From a virus, in IMG/VR virus record IMGVR_UViG_3300045988_130225, positions 1-64,000 of that record: a stretch of 64,000 nucleotides of DNA. One strand, written 5' to 3'. The notes beneath the pieces are model-generated. The model ran no database searches and had not been told where the DNA came from. It saw only the letters and a program-made list of their open reading frames with translations. Positions 8,468 through 19,112 of this stretch are shown piece after piece. Position numbers and translations under genes: made by a program. How positions within the stretch are numbered: position 1 is the stretch's first letter; each line of letters begins with the position of its first letter.

Positions 8468-10183
8468 ATGCAAGTAAAAGAAATTTTGCCTAATATTGAT
8501 TTATCAAGATGGGAAGAACAATATTTAGAAGCGTTTGGTATTAAAGATGTTGAAGAATATTTGTATCCTACTTACAAATACGTAGAACGCCCAGAACGAT
8601 ATGATAATATGGAAGAGGGAAAAGAATTATTACACAAAATATTAAGCAATCAGACTAACCATATAGGAATCGTACAAGACTGTGATTGTGACGGTTTGTT
8701 TTCTGCTGTTATGATGTATAATTTTCTTAAAAACGATTTAAAAGTTAAGAATCCTATTTTCATATATTTTCATTCAGATAAAAAACATGGCATTACAGAA
8801 AATGTGCAAAACTGGGTATTATATAATGAAATTAATTTGTTAATCGTGCCAGATGCAGGTAGCAATGACTATCAAGCACAAGAAGATTTGAATTTCCTTA
8901 ATACCCATATACTAATATTAGACCATCACAAGATTGTTCCATATAAAAGGGAATATATTAGTAATTATGAAACAGTGGTGATTAGTAATCAGCAAGGTTG
9001 GGTAAAGAATAAATGCCTTAGTGGTACTGGTGTTGTGAATAAATTTATTAAATATTATTGTAATAATACTCAAAGTTGTAAAACAAGTGTAAGTGCAAAA
9101 TATGTAGACTTGGTAGCATTTAGTTTAGTGTCTGATAATTGCAATATGCTTTCACAAGAGAATAGAGATTTTCTAATGGTAGGCACTTCTATAGCAAATA
9201 TGCAGAATGAATTTTTAGCTTATCTGAATGAAAATTTAAACTATACTAATGAAGTTACTTGGAAGTCGATAGGATTTATGATATGTCCTTATCTTAACGC
9301 AGTATGTAGGAGTGACAACCAACAATTGAAAGCTGAATTGTTTTTCTGTTTTACTGATAGTCATTCAGAAATGTTTGAAAGCGTACTAGCCAAAATTAAA
9401 GACCAGAAAGCTATACAGGATAAGATTGTCGCTGAAACGGTTAAAGACGGCTGTAGCATGGTTCTACGCACTGATAACGTACCGTTGTTAGGTATCAAGT
9501 ATCTTGAAAACGTGGAACAGTACCCTTACACTGGTTTGATTGCCAATAAACTGAAAGATGAAACTCCGATTGTATTTGCTACACATGAAAGTAATGGTTG
9601 TGTAACTGGTTCTTGCCGGTCTGATTATGAAATCCTTGAACTATGTCAAGATAGTGGGTTATTTGAAATTGCACAAGGACACGATAAAGCCTTTGGAATT
9701 GAATATAAAAAAGAAAATGAAGAAAAGATTTATAAATATATTCAAGATAAATTTACTAATGAAAAGATAGAATTACCGTCAATTCCAGTTGTAAAAAGTT
9801 ATGATTTGGAAAAAGATAATTTGCCAAAATGTTTGTTTGGGTTTGCAGACCAATGGGAATGTATTTGGAATAATGATTTAATTAAACCAGTTTTTGCCAT
9901 TGATTTTAAGTTGAATGTTTCTGATGTAGAGGTAATTGGAAAAGACAAAAAGACGCTACGGTTTAGTAAAGATGGGGTAACATTCATTAAGTTTAAAGAG
10001 AGTGAGAACTGGTTAGATGATATGTCAGAACGGCTTGTACTGGCTTCTACTATTTGCAACCTATCTATAAATTATTGGAATGGTCGGAAATATTATCAAG
10101 TCATTATTGAAGAATGGGAAATTAAGGAAATTCCACAAGAAGTAAAAAAAACTAAAGCGATTTTATGGGACGATGTATGGTAA
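8468..10183 (+). CDS. DHH-family RecJ-like phosphoesterase/exonuclease
   Basis: DHH motifs DCDCDG, VPDAGSND and LDHHK are present. Confidence 0.7.
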   Translation: MQVKEILPNIDLSRWEEQYLEAFGIKDVEEYLYPTYKYVERPERYDNMEEGKELLHKILSNQTNHIGIVQDCDCDGLFSAVMMYNFLKNDLKVKNPIFIYFHSDKKHGITENVQNWVLYNEINLLIVPDAGSNDYQAQEDLNFLNTHILILDHHKIVPYKREYISNYETVVISNQQGWVKNKCLSGTGVVNKFIKYYCNNTQSCKTSVSAKYVDLVAFSLVSDNCNMLSQENRDFLMVGTSIANMQNEFLAYLNENLNYTNEVTWKSIGFMICPYLNAVCRSDNQQLKAELFFCFTDSHSEMFESVLAKIKDQKAIQDKIVAETVKDGCSMVLRTDNVPLLGIKYLENVEQYPYTGLIANKLKDETPIVFATHESNGCVTGSCRSDYEILELCQDSGLFEIAQGHDKAFGIEYKKENEEKIYKYIQDKFTNEKIELPSIPVVKSYDLEKDNLPKCLFGFADQWECIWNNDLIKPVFAIDFKLNVSDVEVIGKDKKTLRFSKDGVTFIKFKESENWLDDMSERLVLASTICNLSINYWNGRKYYQVIIEEWEIKEIPQEVKKTKAILWDDVW

Positions 10184-10189
10184 AATGTA

Positions 10190-10218
10190 TTGATTTTATA
10201 TAAATTCTATGATATAAT
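10190..10218 (+). promoter_or_regulatory. Sigma-A-type promoter, extended -10
   Basis: TTGATT, 17-nt spacer, TATAAT with TGA upstream. Confidence 0.65.
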
Positions 10219-10240
10219 AGAGAATATGAAAGGAGAAATT

Positions 10241-10672
10241 ATGGAAAAATTTAAAGACAAAACTTATGTTGTAGTTTGTAGTGATTTTGAAAAAGCTAGA
10301 AACGCCATGAGAAAAGAAATGTATAAGCATTATCAAAGAGATAGTGACGAACCAAGTATTACCAGAGAAATTAAAAGTACAATGATTAATGGTAGTAAAA
10401 TCAAAGAAACTTGCAGAGGGAATTTAAGATTAATGGAAAATGTTGATAAAAATTATCTTTTTGGATATATTTATTCCAGATTAAATCCTTTTGAAAGTAT
10501 TAAGATTTCATGGCTGAATATTGGTGAATTTAAGAATCCGTCAAAAGGTAATTTTGGATTTTATGATGATGTTGTAAAAATTATTATTGTAGGTAATGAC
10601 GGTTTATCGTTTTATCTTGATAATTTAAAGAAAAGTTTTGGTGCAGACGTAGAAATTGAAATTGTGATGTAA
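10241..10672 (+). CDS. Hypothetical protein (143 aa)
   Basis: I moved the start to the ATG at 10241, which follows AAAGGAGAA. The track's upstream start lies inside the promoter. Confidence 0.65.
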   Translation: MEKFKDKTYVVVCSDFEKARNAMRKEMYKHYQRDSDEPSITREIKSTMINGSKIKETCRGNLRLMENVDKNYLFGYIYSRLNPFESIKISWLNIGEFKNPSKGNFGFYDDVVKIIIVGNDGLSFYLDNLKKSFGADVEIEIVM

Positions 10673-10686
10673 AAGGAGAGAATGTT

Positions 10687-11082
10687 ATGATTAATGATGT
10701 AACTTATGAACTGATTAGAATTGTAAAGAAAATTGATTTAAACAATAATCTGTTTGAGAGAACGGAAGAAAGCAACATTAGTAAAATTGTAAATAAGGAT
10801 ATTGAGAATGTTATTAAAGAAATGGTGGAAACTGATAGCCAGTTCAGATTTAAGAAAAGCATTTTCGATAGACAATACAAAATGAGTGTTGATTATTCAA
10901 AATGTGGTGAAGTGGTTATTAAACCTAAAGAAGGGTTGGGGTTGGTAACTATTATGGAGATTGATGAATTTTTAGAGGTGCTGAGTTTTAGGATTTATAA
11001 AGGGATTGAGAAAGCAAAAGAAGAGCATGAAAATTGGAAGTTATGGAAAATGAATAAGGTGAAGTTAGAGAAATATATTTAA
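10687..11082 (+). CDS. Hypothetical protein (131 aa)
   Basis: ORF with an AGGAGAG Shine-Dalgarno. Confidence 0.65.
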   Translation: MINDVTYELIRIVKKIDLNNNLFERTEESNISKIVNKDIENVIKEMVETDSQFRFKKSIFDRQYKMSVDYSKCGEVVIKPKEGLGLVTIMEIDEFLEVLSFRIYKGIEKAKEEHENWKLWKMNKVKLEKYI

Positions 11083-11104
11083 GTTGTACTAAAGGAGAAT
11101 TAAT

Positions 11105-14100
11105 ATGATTGATACTTATACTACTTTGCATTGCCATTCAGAAATAAGTTCGGCTGTATTAAGATTTGCTGATGCTATATGTCATATTAAAGATAGTATG
11201 GAATGGTGTTATGAAAATAATCTTAGAGGTTATGCCATTACTGACCATCAAAGCTGTAGCGGATATGTCACTCTTGAACAGAGTTACAATGCTTTAAATG
11301 TCGAAAGACCATTTCAGCATATCTTTGGTAATGAATGTTATTTAATTTCACAAGACGAAGATAATTTAAGATTCTCAGAAAATCAACGTCCTTATTATTG
11401 GCATTATTTAGTAAATGTACTTGACCCAGAGGGTTTAAAGCAGATGTATGAATTATCTGCTAGAGCATGGCTACGGAGTTATACTTATAAAGGTTTACTC
11501 CGTAGACCTAATTTCTATTCAGATTTTGAAGAAGTAGTAGGAAATAACCCCGGACATTTAGTTGTTTCAACAGCTTGTGTTTCTGGATATTTACCACATT
11601 GTATCTTAACAGATGATATGGTAAACGGTGATAAATTTATTAAATGGAATCAGCAAGTATTTGGCAAAGATAATTTTTATCTTGAATGTCAGCCTTGTTA
11701 TTCTGATAATGAAGAACAGATAAAAGTAAATAAAGCGTTATGGAAAATTCACGAAGAAAAAAATATTCCTATTATTGTTACTACTGACGCTCATTATCAA
11801 AGACCAGAAGATAGATTTATTCATACTACGTTTTTAAAAAGTAAAGACGGCGGTGATAGTAGAGAACCAGAAAAATTTTATAAAACTACTTATTTATTTA
11901 CACCACAAGAATTAAGAGAAAGATTATACGATAGTGGTTTTAACGATAATCAGATTGATATAATGTTTCAGACCACTAATGAAATCGCAAATAAAGTACA
12001 ACCTATTATCATTAAGAAAACTACCAGAGTACCAAGCTTACCTAGTTTACCAGATTTTGAGATTAAGCATAAATATAAAGAATATTACGAAAAATACGAA
12101 TATATAAAATATTATGCTAATTCAGACGATATAAAAGAACGCCATTATTATTACGAAATAGAAAAAGGCTTGATTAAGTTATTTGATAAACACCCAGAAT
12201 ATGATTTAGAGAAATATTTGGCAAGAGCAAATATTGAAATGAAGCAAGTCTATGAATTAAGCGAAATATTCAAAGGTAGAATGTCTGATTATTTTACTGT
12301 TGTACAGAAAGTAATTGATTTAATTTGGACTGAGGGTGATAGTTATGTAGGGATTGGCAGAGGTAGCGCAGGAGCGTGGCTTACAAACTATTTACTTGGT
12401 GTTACTGGAATAGACCCTGTGCCAGATAACATAAAGGATTTCTATAGATGGTGGAGATTTTGTAGCACTTCTCGCTCCTCTTCGCTGATGGACATTGATA
12501 TAGATATTCAAAGCTTTAAAAAAGAAAAAGTTATAAAAGCTATAAAGAATTACTTTGGCGAAAGAAGAGTTTGTCAATGTGTAACATGGGGAACATTATC
12601 TTCTAAGACAGCTTTTGAACGAGCAGGTAAAGGTTTAGGTATTCCAGAAGAGCAAATTTCTTACATTAAGGCACTCATACCTGTTAAGAGGGGGTTTATA
12701 TATTCTATAGATGATTGTTTAAACGGCAACAAGAAAAAAGAAAGAGAAAAAGTTCCAGAATTTATAAAAGAAGTAAATAAATATCCAGAACTACTTAGAG
12801 TTGCGAAAGCTTTTGAGGGAATGATAGTTTCTTCGGGAACTCACGCAGGTGCTGTAAATATTCTTAAAGGTGATTTTACTGAAACTGGTTCATTAATGGT
12901 TTCTACAAACGGAAGTATAGTAAGTCAATATGATTTACACCAAGCAGAATACGCCGGTGATTTAAAATTTGATTTACTTTCTATTGATTGTCTTGAACTT
13001 TTAAGAGCGGAAATGGATAGTCTTTTAGAACATGGCTATATTAAATGGCAAGGTAATTTAAGAAATACTTATAACTATTATCTTGGATATGAACAATTAG
13101 ATAAAACTAATAAATCAATGTGGAATGAATTACCTAAAATGTTAAAAGCTTTTCAGTTTGATAGTATGGCAGGTAATCAAGCTTTAAAAAAAATTAATCC
13201 ACAAAATTTAACTGAATTAACATTAGCAAATGGTTTAATGAGATTGCAGACCGCTGAAACAGAACAGCCTATGGATAGATATGTTCGTTATAAAAATGAT
13301 ATTAATGAATGGTATAAGGATATGACTGCTTATGGTTTAAACAAAGAAGAGCAATCTATATTAAATGAATATTTATTTCCTTATTGTGGAATGTGTATTT
13401 CTCAAACTACAGTAATGTCTTTACTTATGGACAAAAGGATTTGTGGGTTTAATTTAAAAGAAGCTGACCTCGCCAGAAGAAGTATAGCCAAAAAATCAGC
13501 AGAAGCTTTAGCTAGGACAGAAACTAATTTATATGAAAAAGGTAAGGAAATTGGTAATAGAAAAGTATTTTTAGACTATATTTGGTTAGTACAAATTGCT
13601 ATGTCTTGGAGCTATAGTTTTGATTTTTCTCATAGTTTTTCGTACAGTTCTGAGTGTTTACAAGAAATGAACCTTTATACAAAATATCCGAAAGTATTTT
13701 GGAATTGTGCTGTAGTAACAACACAAGCACAGTCAGAAGATGAAAGAGAACGTGCTTCTAAGACAAAAAACTATAGCAAAATTGCTCAATCCATTTACAA
13801 AGCGAAAGAAAATGATGTATTAGTTGATACACCAGATATTAATAAGTCCGAACTATCTTTTACTCCTTTAGTAGAAGAGGATAAAATTTTATTTGGACTT
13901 GGTGGTGTAACTAAAATCAATCGTGATGTTTATTCAGATATTTTATCTGGTAGACCATACAATTCATTTAAGGAATTTTATGATTATCATAAAACTCATA
14001 AATTCCCTACAAATGAAGTTGATGAAAGCGGTAATGTAATTTATCGTAATTCATCAGTAACAAGAAGTATTATGATTGTATTAATCAAGTCTGGGTGTTT

Positions 14101-15088
14101 CAATTATTACTCTACAGATAGGGTATCAATGATTAAATGGTTGGTAACTTGGGAGTTTCCTGCTAAGACGGAACTTTCTACGTCTAATCTTCCCAAAGCC
14201 TTAGAATTAGGTTGTACTTTCTCGCCTACTCTTGTAAAAACTTACAAATTTAGAAAATATGTATTAAGTCCACAATTTTTTTATAAGAAGAATGATAATT
14301 TTAAATCCAAAAAAGATTATATACTAGAACCTAAGTTTGCAAGACCTTACTTTGAAGAAAAATATATTGATAAACTTACAGAGGAAAAAGATTACTATTA
14401 TGAAAATGATATGCTTATTGTAGTAGATAAATCTTTAGACAAAGTATTAAAACCAGAACTTGAAGCGTTATCAAAAGAAATGAATAACGAGAATATTATA
14501 AAGGAATTTAATAAGAAAAATTGGCAGAATGAATATCTCAATCTTGTTAAAACCGAAAATCAAGAAATGTGGTATTTTGATACTGTATCTTATTTTCCAG
14601 AAAAACATGTGTTATGGGGAATCGATAAAAACTTTTATAATATTCAAGATTACAAAGATTTACCGCAAGAGCCACAGTTTATTGAAAAATCTGATAAGTC
14701 TGGTAAACGTACTTGGCGAATTTATGATTTATCTAAAATAGCAGGGTGTGTTTTATCACGTCAAGATGATAAACATTATCTTAATGTTTTAACAACTGAC
14801 GGAAAAGTTGTTATCGTTAGATTTAACGCAGGACAATATGCTTATTATAAACGTGATATTGCAGAAACAGATGAATACGAAGCGGACAAATCTTGGTTAT
14901 CAAGAGGAAGTATATTGATTATCAGCGGCTATCGTAGAGGTGAGGACGAATTTGTAGCAAAAAAATATCGTAACTCTATTTATCGTCACAGTGTAATCAA
15001 AGTAACCAACATTAATCCAGACCGTAGTTTAGATTTACAGTTTGATCGTATTGATAAATTGGACGAAGGAGATGATAATAATGCCTAA
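11105..15088 (+). CDS. dnaE: DNA polymerase III alpha subunit (DnaE-type) with N-terminal PHP domain
   Basis: PHP motif LHCHSEIS and the Pol III alpha signature GIGRGSAGAWLTNYLLGVTGIDP; 1327 aa. Confidence 0.9.
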   Translation: MIDTYTTLHCHSEISSAVLRFADAICHIKDSMEWCYENNLRGYAITDHQSCSGYVTLEQSYNALNVERPFQHIFGNECYLISQDEDNLRFSENQRPYYWHYLVNVLDPEGLKQMYELSARAWLRSYTYKGLLRRPNFYSDFEEVVGNNPGHLVVSTACVSGYLPHCILTDDMVNGDKFIKWNQQVFGKDNFYLECQPCYSDNEEQIKVNKALWKIHEEKNIPIIVTTDAHYQRPEDRFIHTTFLKSKDGGDSREPEKFYKTTYLFTPQELRERLYDSGFNDNQIDIMFQTTNEIANKVQPIIIKKTTRVPSLPSLPDFEIKHKYKEYYEKYEYIKYYANSDDIKERHYYYEIEKGLIKLFDKHPEYDLEKYLARANIEMKQVYELSEIFKGRMSDYFTVVQKVIDLIWTEGDSYVGIGRGSAGAWLTNYLLGVTGIDPVPDNIKDFYRWWRFCSTSRSSSLMDIDIDIQSFKKEKVIKAIKNYFGERRVCQCVTWGTLSSKTAFERAGKGLGIPEEQISYIKALIPVKRGFIYSIDDCLNGNKKKEREKVPEFIKEVNKYPELLRVAKAFEGMIVSSGTHAGAVNILKGDFTETGSLMVSTNGSIVSQYDLHQAEYAGDLKFDLLSIDCLELLRAEMDSLLEHGYIKWQGNLRNTYNYYLGYEQLDKTNKSMWNELPKMLKAFQFDSMAGNQALKKINPQNLTELTLANGLMRLQTAETEQPMDRYVRYKNDINEWYKDMTAYGLNKEEQSILNEYLFPYCGMCISQTTVMSLLMDKRICGFNLKEADLARRSIAKKSAEALARTETNLYEKGKEIGNRKVFLDYIWLVQIAMSWSYSFDFSHSFSYSSECLQEMNLYTKYPKVFWNCAVVTTQAQSEDERERASKTKNYSKIAQSIYKAKENDVLVDTPDINKSELSFTPLVEEDKILFGLGGVTKINRDVYSDILSGRPYNSFKEFYDYHKTHKFPTNEVDESGNVIYRNSSVTRSIMIVLIKSGCFNYYSTDRVSMIKWLVTWEFPAKTELSTSNLPKALELGCTFSPTLVKTYKFRKYVLSPQFFYKKNDNFKSKKDYILEPKFARPYFEEKYIDKLTEEKDYYYENDMLIVVDKSLDKVLKPELEALSKEMNNENIIKEFNKKNWQNEYLNLVKTENQEMWYFDTVSYFPEKHVLWGIDKNFYNIQDYKDLPQEPQFIEKSDKSGKRTWRIYDLSKIAGCVLSRQDDKHYLNVLTTDGKVVIVRFNAGQYAYYKRDIAETDEYEADKSWLSRGSILIISGYRRGEDEFVAKKYRNSIYRHSVIKVTNINPDRSLDLQFDRIDKLDEGDDNNA

Positions 15089-15323
15089 TCCAGTAGGTAG
15101 ACCACCAATCTATCCAAAAGAAAATTGTTCAGATTGTGACCATTGTATCTATGATAAAAACCATAAATTAGATACTTGTATATTTACATTTAATTTCTTT
15201 GAAGCAAGAAAAACCCCTAGATGTGAAAACTTTACTAATGAATATGGTAATCCATATCGCAAGAAAAAGGTTGTTAAGACCACAAAGAAATTAAGAAAAA
15301 TCAAAAGAAAAAGAGAGATTTAA
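15081..15323 (+). CDS. Small Cys-containing protein with a strongly basic tail (80 aa)
   Basis: The ATG at 15081 follows AAGGAG and overlaps the dnaE stop. The C-terminus reads KKKVVKTTKKLRKIKRKREI. Confidence 0.55.
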   Translation: MPNPVGRPPIYPKENCSDCDHCIYDKNHKLDTCIFTFNFFEARKTPRCENFTNEYGNPYRKKKVVKTTKKLRKIKRKREI

Positions 15324-15340
15324 TTCTCTCTTTTCTTTAT
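15309..15340 (+). terminator. Rho-independent terminator
   Basis: AGAGAGA / TCTCTCT stem followed by a T-rich tail. Confidence 0.6.
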
Positions 15341-15346
15341 ATCCTA

Positions 15347-15375
15347 TTGACAAAATGCTTGAATTATGCTATAAT
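15347..15375 (+). promoter_or_regulatory. Sigma-A-type promoter, extended -10
   Basis: TTGACA, 17-nt spacer, TATAAT with TGC upstream. Confidence 0.75.
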
Positions 15376-15425
15376 TTTCCTAGAGTTGAGATAATATTAT
15401 CAAATTTAAGTAAGGAGAAAACATT

Positions 15426-17786
15426 ATGGAGAATATCATTAAAAATGTCAAATGTAAAATTGTTAGACAAATTTACGCTTCTAATAATTTCCGTACATTT
15501 GGTTGTATTTTAACAGATAACAAAGACGAAGATAAAATTGTATTAAACAAATATGGTAATTTTACTATTTCTGGTGATTTACCTTTCCTTAATGAAGGTG
15601 AAGAATATACTTTAGACCTTAAAGAAACTACTCACCCTAGATTTGGTGTTCAATACACAGTAGATAAAGTTGCTGACTATGAAATGATGAGTGACTTAGA
15701 CTATATGCCAGTTGAACAGTCTAAGGAAATTCTTACAAAATTCACCACAGAAAAACAAGCTGATACATTACTTTCGGTTTATCCTAATTTCATTTCCATG
15801 ATTATCAATGGTAAAGCAAATGAGATTGATTTATCTAAATTGAAAAACATTAAAGAATACCGTATGAATTGTTATATTAGAGAAATCAATACACGTTTCA
15901 AATACTACTATATACTAGCCAATAACAAGCAGTACAAGCTGACTATTAAGGATTGTCAAGAATTAGATAACCTTTATGGTACTGTAGAGCATGTAGATGA
16001 AAATATTCAGAAATACCCTTATAAAGTATTTATGGACAATTTACATAGGAGTTTCCCAACGGTGGATAAAATGCTTATGGAGATTCGCCCAGAATTAAAA
16101 GAAACAAATGATAGAATTGAACACTTGGCACTACACATTCTCAATCTTAACGAAGAAGATAATAATACCTATATGGACGCAAATACAATGGCTATGTATT
16201 GTGCTGAAATTGATAAAGATTGTATCAAGCATATTAAGGATATTTGCGTTAATAGTCCACTTATTTGGTATGATGATGAAAGCAAACGTATTGCAAAAGC
16301 AGAAACATATATAGCTGAAAGTAATATTGCTAATTTCGTTTTAGATAAGATTAAAAATAATAAAGAGTTAGATTTGCCTTGGGAAAGATATAAAAAGATT
16401 AAAGATGGTGAATTGACGGAAGAACAGAGTGAATTACTACATCAGTTTTGCAAAAAGTCAATAGTAATGCTTACTGGTTCAGGAGGCACAGGCAAATCTT
16501 CCTGTGTAATGGCATTGCTTTCCATGTTAGACGATAACGGAATTTCATATACTCTTCTCGCTCCGACTGGTCGCAGTTCTAAGAGATTAGCTGAACAAAC
16601 TAATAAAATGGCTTATACAATTCACAAAAGATGTTTAACTAATGAGATAGATTCTGATGTAATCATAGGAGATGAAATTAGCATGTGGGGGCTAGAACAT
16701 TATAATATGGTAATAAAAGCATGTACAAACCCTAAAGTACGTTTGGTTCTTTTAGGCGATGAACATCAGCTACCGTCTATTGCTTTAGGTAATGTTATGA
16801 ATGATTTTATTAAAGCTGATATTATTCCTAATATTAAACTTACCAAAGTATTTCGTTACGGGCAAGGTGGCTTATCAGCAGTAGCAAAAGATATTTACGA
16901 TAAAAAACTTTACACAACACAGCTTAACCCAGATAAACTTATCAATACTCTTGGTGCTAACAAAGACTACACTTTAATCAAAGCTGATGGTACACCAGAA
17001 CAGATTGTAGATGTTTATGTAGAGAAAATCAACAAAGGTATTAAACCTATTGATATTGCTGTTATTACCCCATGGAATGTTAAAGAACTTGGCACTTACA
17101 ATCTTAACAATATGATACAATCGGCTATCAATCCATCTAAAGCGAATGAACGTAGTGTTACAAGGCAGTACAGTAAAGTAACAATCACTTTTAGAAAAGG
17201 TGATATAGTAATGAATACCAAGAACAATTACTCCGTTCCTACTTATGAGGGCTATAAAGAAATGTTAGACGAGGGTAATAACGATACTACACTTATCACG
17301 AAAACGATTGCTGTATTTAACGGCGATATTGGAAAAGTCCTTGAAATCGACCAGTTTAACAATATTATCATTCAGTTCAATGAAGATATGGTAGTATTTG
17401 ATTATTCTTTGGCTCAGAATCTTGTGCTTGGATATTGTGGAACTATTCATAAATATCAAGGTTCGCAGTGTCCACATATTATCTTACTTACGGAAACTTG
17501 CCATGAAAAGAGTTATAATAACAATTTGCTTTATACTGGTGTTTCAAGAGCAAGTAAAGAAGTAACTCATATTGCTGATATTGGGCTTGTTAATCGTTGT
17601 ATACCTATTGATGGAAACGAAAATAGACAGACACAGTTGAAAGACCTTTTACTTGACGGTTACAAGAAAATTTCAGAGGATTACAACTCAGTAACAGACA
17701 GTACAGACGTTTCTGATACGGAAGATGAAGAAGATTACGAAGATGAAGATGATAGCTTAGATTTAGATTTTGATGATTGGGATTAA
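15426..17786 (+). CDS. RecD-like SF1 DNA helicase with an acidic C-terminal tail
   Basis: Walker A GSGGTGKSS, Walker B GDEISMW, LLGDEHQLPS and TIHKYQGSQ. The tail is rich in D and E. Confidence 0.85.
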   Translation: MENIIKNVKCKIVRQIYASNNFRTFGCILTDNKDEDKIVLNKYGNFTISGDLPFLNEGEEYTLDLKETTHPRFGVQYTVDKVADYEMMSDLDYMPVEQSKEILTKFTTEKQADTLLSVYPNFISMIINGKANEIDLSKLKNIKEYRMNCYIREINTRFKYYYILANNKQYKLTIKDCQELDNLYGTVEHVDENIQKYPYKVFMDNLHRSFPTVDKMLMEIRPELKETNDRIEHLALHILNLNEEDNNTYMDANTMAMYCAEIDKDCIKHIKDICVNSPLIWYDDESKRIAKAETYIAESNIANFVLDKIKNNKELDLPWERYKKIKDGELTEEQSELLHQFCKKSIVMLTGSGGTGKSSCVMALLSMLDDNGISYTLLAPTGRSSKRLAEQTNKMAYTIHKRCLTNEIDSDVIIGDEISMWGLEHYNMVIKACTNPKVRLVLLGDEHQLPSIALGNVMNDFIKADIIPNIKLTKVFRYGQGGLSAVAKDIYDKKLYTTQLNPDKLINTLGANKDYTLIKADGTPEQIVDVYVEKINKGIKPIDIAVITPWNVKELGTYNLNNMIQSAINPSKANERSVTRQYSKVTITFRKGDIVMNTKNNYSVPTYEGYKEMLDEGNNDTTLITKTIAVFNGDIGKVLEIDQFNNIIIQFNEDMVVFDYSLAQNLVLGYCGTIHKYQGSQCPHIILLTETCHEKSYNNNLLYTGVSRASKEVTHIADIGLVNRCIPIDGNENRQTQLKDLLLDGYKKISEDYNSVTDSTDVSDTEDEEDYEDEDDSLDLDFDDWD

Positions 17787-17805
17787 ATTGAAAGGAAGTG
17801 ATAAT

Positions 17806-18135
17806 ATGTTTGAAAGGTCATATGCTATTACTATTAAAGATAAACAAGGTAAAATTTATTACCTTACAGAAGAAATGACTTCTAATATTTGGTCAAGAAA
17901 AGACGGAAGTAAAAAAAGTAGTAACGAATATAATTATTTCTTTAGAAAAAGAACAGAAGATGTATGTTTACACAATGTTAAACTTTTTTCAACAAAACAG
18001 ATTGCTAAAGATTTTTGGAACGAAAAATTTGAAAACAATGAAAATGTTTGGAACCAGATTTACAGTTGCTATGATACAAACACACTTGCTGTTTGTAAAA
18101 TCGTCCTTGTTAGAAAGGTTAAAGAACTGTTATGA
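17806..18135 (+). CDS. Hypothetical protein (109 aa)
   Basis: Start moved to the ATG at 17806, which follows GAAAGGAAG. Confidence 0.6.
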   Translation: MFERSYAITIKDKQGKIYYLTEEMTSNIWSRKDGSKKSSNEYNYFFRKRTEDVCLHNVKLFSTKQIAKDFWNEKFENNENVWNQIYSCYDTNTLAVCKIVLVRKVKELL

Positions 18136-18437
18136 AATATTATATTAAAACATTCTGTGATATTTATGAAGATGAACAAAAACCCCTTACGCTAGTTTGG
18201 TGTAAGGGGGAATATTACGAAGTATATAGTGAAAGTGATAACTATATATACTGTGATAACGAATATTTAAGAAAACTCAATCAAGATAACTTGTCTTTAA
18301 ATAATTATATAGCAAAAGCGTGGTTAAATATTAAAGGCATTGCAAAAGTTAAAGGCAGATTACCATTAAATTTCATTAAACTTTCAGAGGAAGAAGTTAG
18401 TGCAGAAAAGGAGAAAAGTAATGTTAGAGAGAATTAA
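18132..18437 (+). CDS. Hypothetical protein (101 aa)
   Basis: ATGA overlap with the upstream stop suggests translational coupling. Confidence 0.6.
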   Translation: MKYYIKTFCDIYEDEQKPLTLVWCKGEYYEVYSESDNYIYCDNEYLRKLNQDNLSLNNYIAKAWLNIKGIAKVKGRLPLNFIKLSEEEVSAEKEKSNVREN

Positions 18438-18897
18438 AAATTGGATAATCAAAGTATGGGATAAGCGTAAGGACAATTTAGAGCCAGAAGAATATAATTT
18501 ATCACATGATAAATTTGCAAAACTTATATTTAATGATATACTTACAATAATACCATCACTTATGCAGTCGGAATATAATACTATTTCAGTTAATTTTTGC
18601 AATATAAAAAAAGAAAGGCTTATTATTCAAGTATTTTGTAATATTTACAGAAATAGCAAAAATTCTAAATTTCAAAGAGAACGTTGTAATAGAAAAGATT
18701 ATTATTGGCATTTTGATTTATATATTGATAAAAACAACTTCGGTAGTAGTTATCAACAATTAGTTACTGCTAGAAATATTTTAAAAAGTCTTATTAAAGA
18801 AGAACCGCATTATTCACAAGACGAGATAAGTAATTTAATGGAAAAAGCTAGGGAGTTAGATAGAGAGAATATCGAAGAAGATGTAGATAACTCTTGA
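18421..18897 (+). CDS. Hypothetical protein (158 aa)
   Basis: Start moved to the ATG at 18421, which follows AAAGGAGAA. Confidence 0.6.
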   Translation: MLERIKNWIIKVWDKRKDNLEPEEYNLSHDKFAKLIFNDILTIIPSLMQSEYNTISVNFCNIKKERLIIQVFCNIYRNSKNSKFQRERCNRKDYYWHFDLYIDKNNFGSSYQQLVTARNILKSLIKEEPHYSQDEISNLMEKARELDRENIEEDVDNS

Positions 18898-18923
18898 CAA
18901 CTCAACATATAGTATGCTATAAT
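18894..18923 (+). promoter_or_regulatory. Sigma-A-type promoter, extended -10, for the nrd operon
   Basis: TTGACA, 18-nt spacer, TATAAT with TGC upstream. Confidence 0.7.
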
Positions 18924-18925
18924 AA

Positions 18926-18975
18926 AAACGTGCCTAAATCTAGTGGTTTTATTTAAAATCCGATTAGGCACGTTT
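18926..18975 (+). promoter_or_regulatory. Leader stem-loop at the predicted 5' end of the nrd transcript
   Basis: 12-bp stem AAACGTGCCTAA (18926-18937) / TTAGGCACGTTT (18964-18975) with a 26-nt loop, followed by TAGTTTTG. Confidence 0.5.
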
Positions 18976-19112
18976 TAGTTTTGTGGTAACACTTAGTACA
19001 AGCGTTCCAGATTCACAAATGATAAAGTTATCGTATAAGTAGATTAAATAGGAGTTAGCATGGTTGTAATGCTTGATAACCTATTGCAAAAATAGAAAGT
19101 GAGGAAAAAATA

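Noticed and set aside
18900-18916. A possible NrdR box in the nrd promoter spacer (CTCAACATATAGTATG).
   Set aside because: It is only a weak partial match to the remembered 16-bp palindromic NrdR consensus, and no second box is present. This is not enough support.
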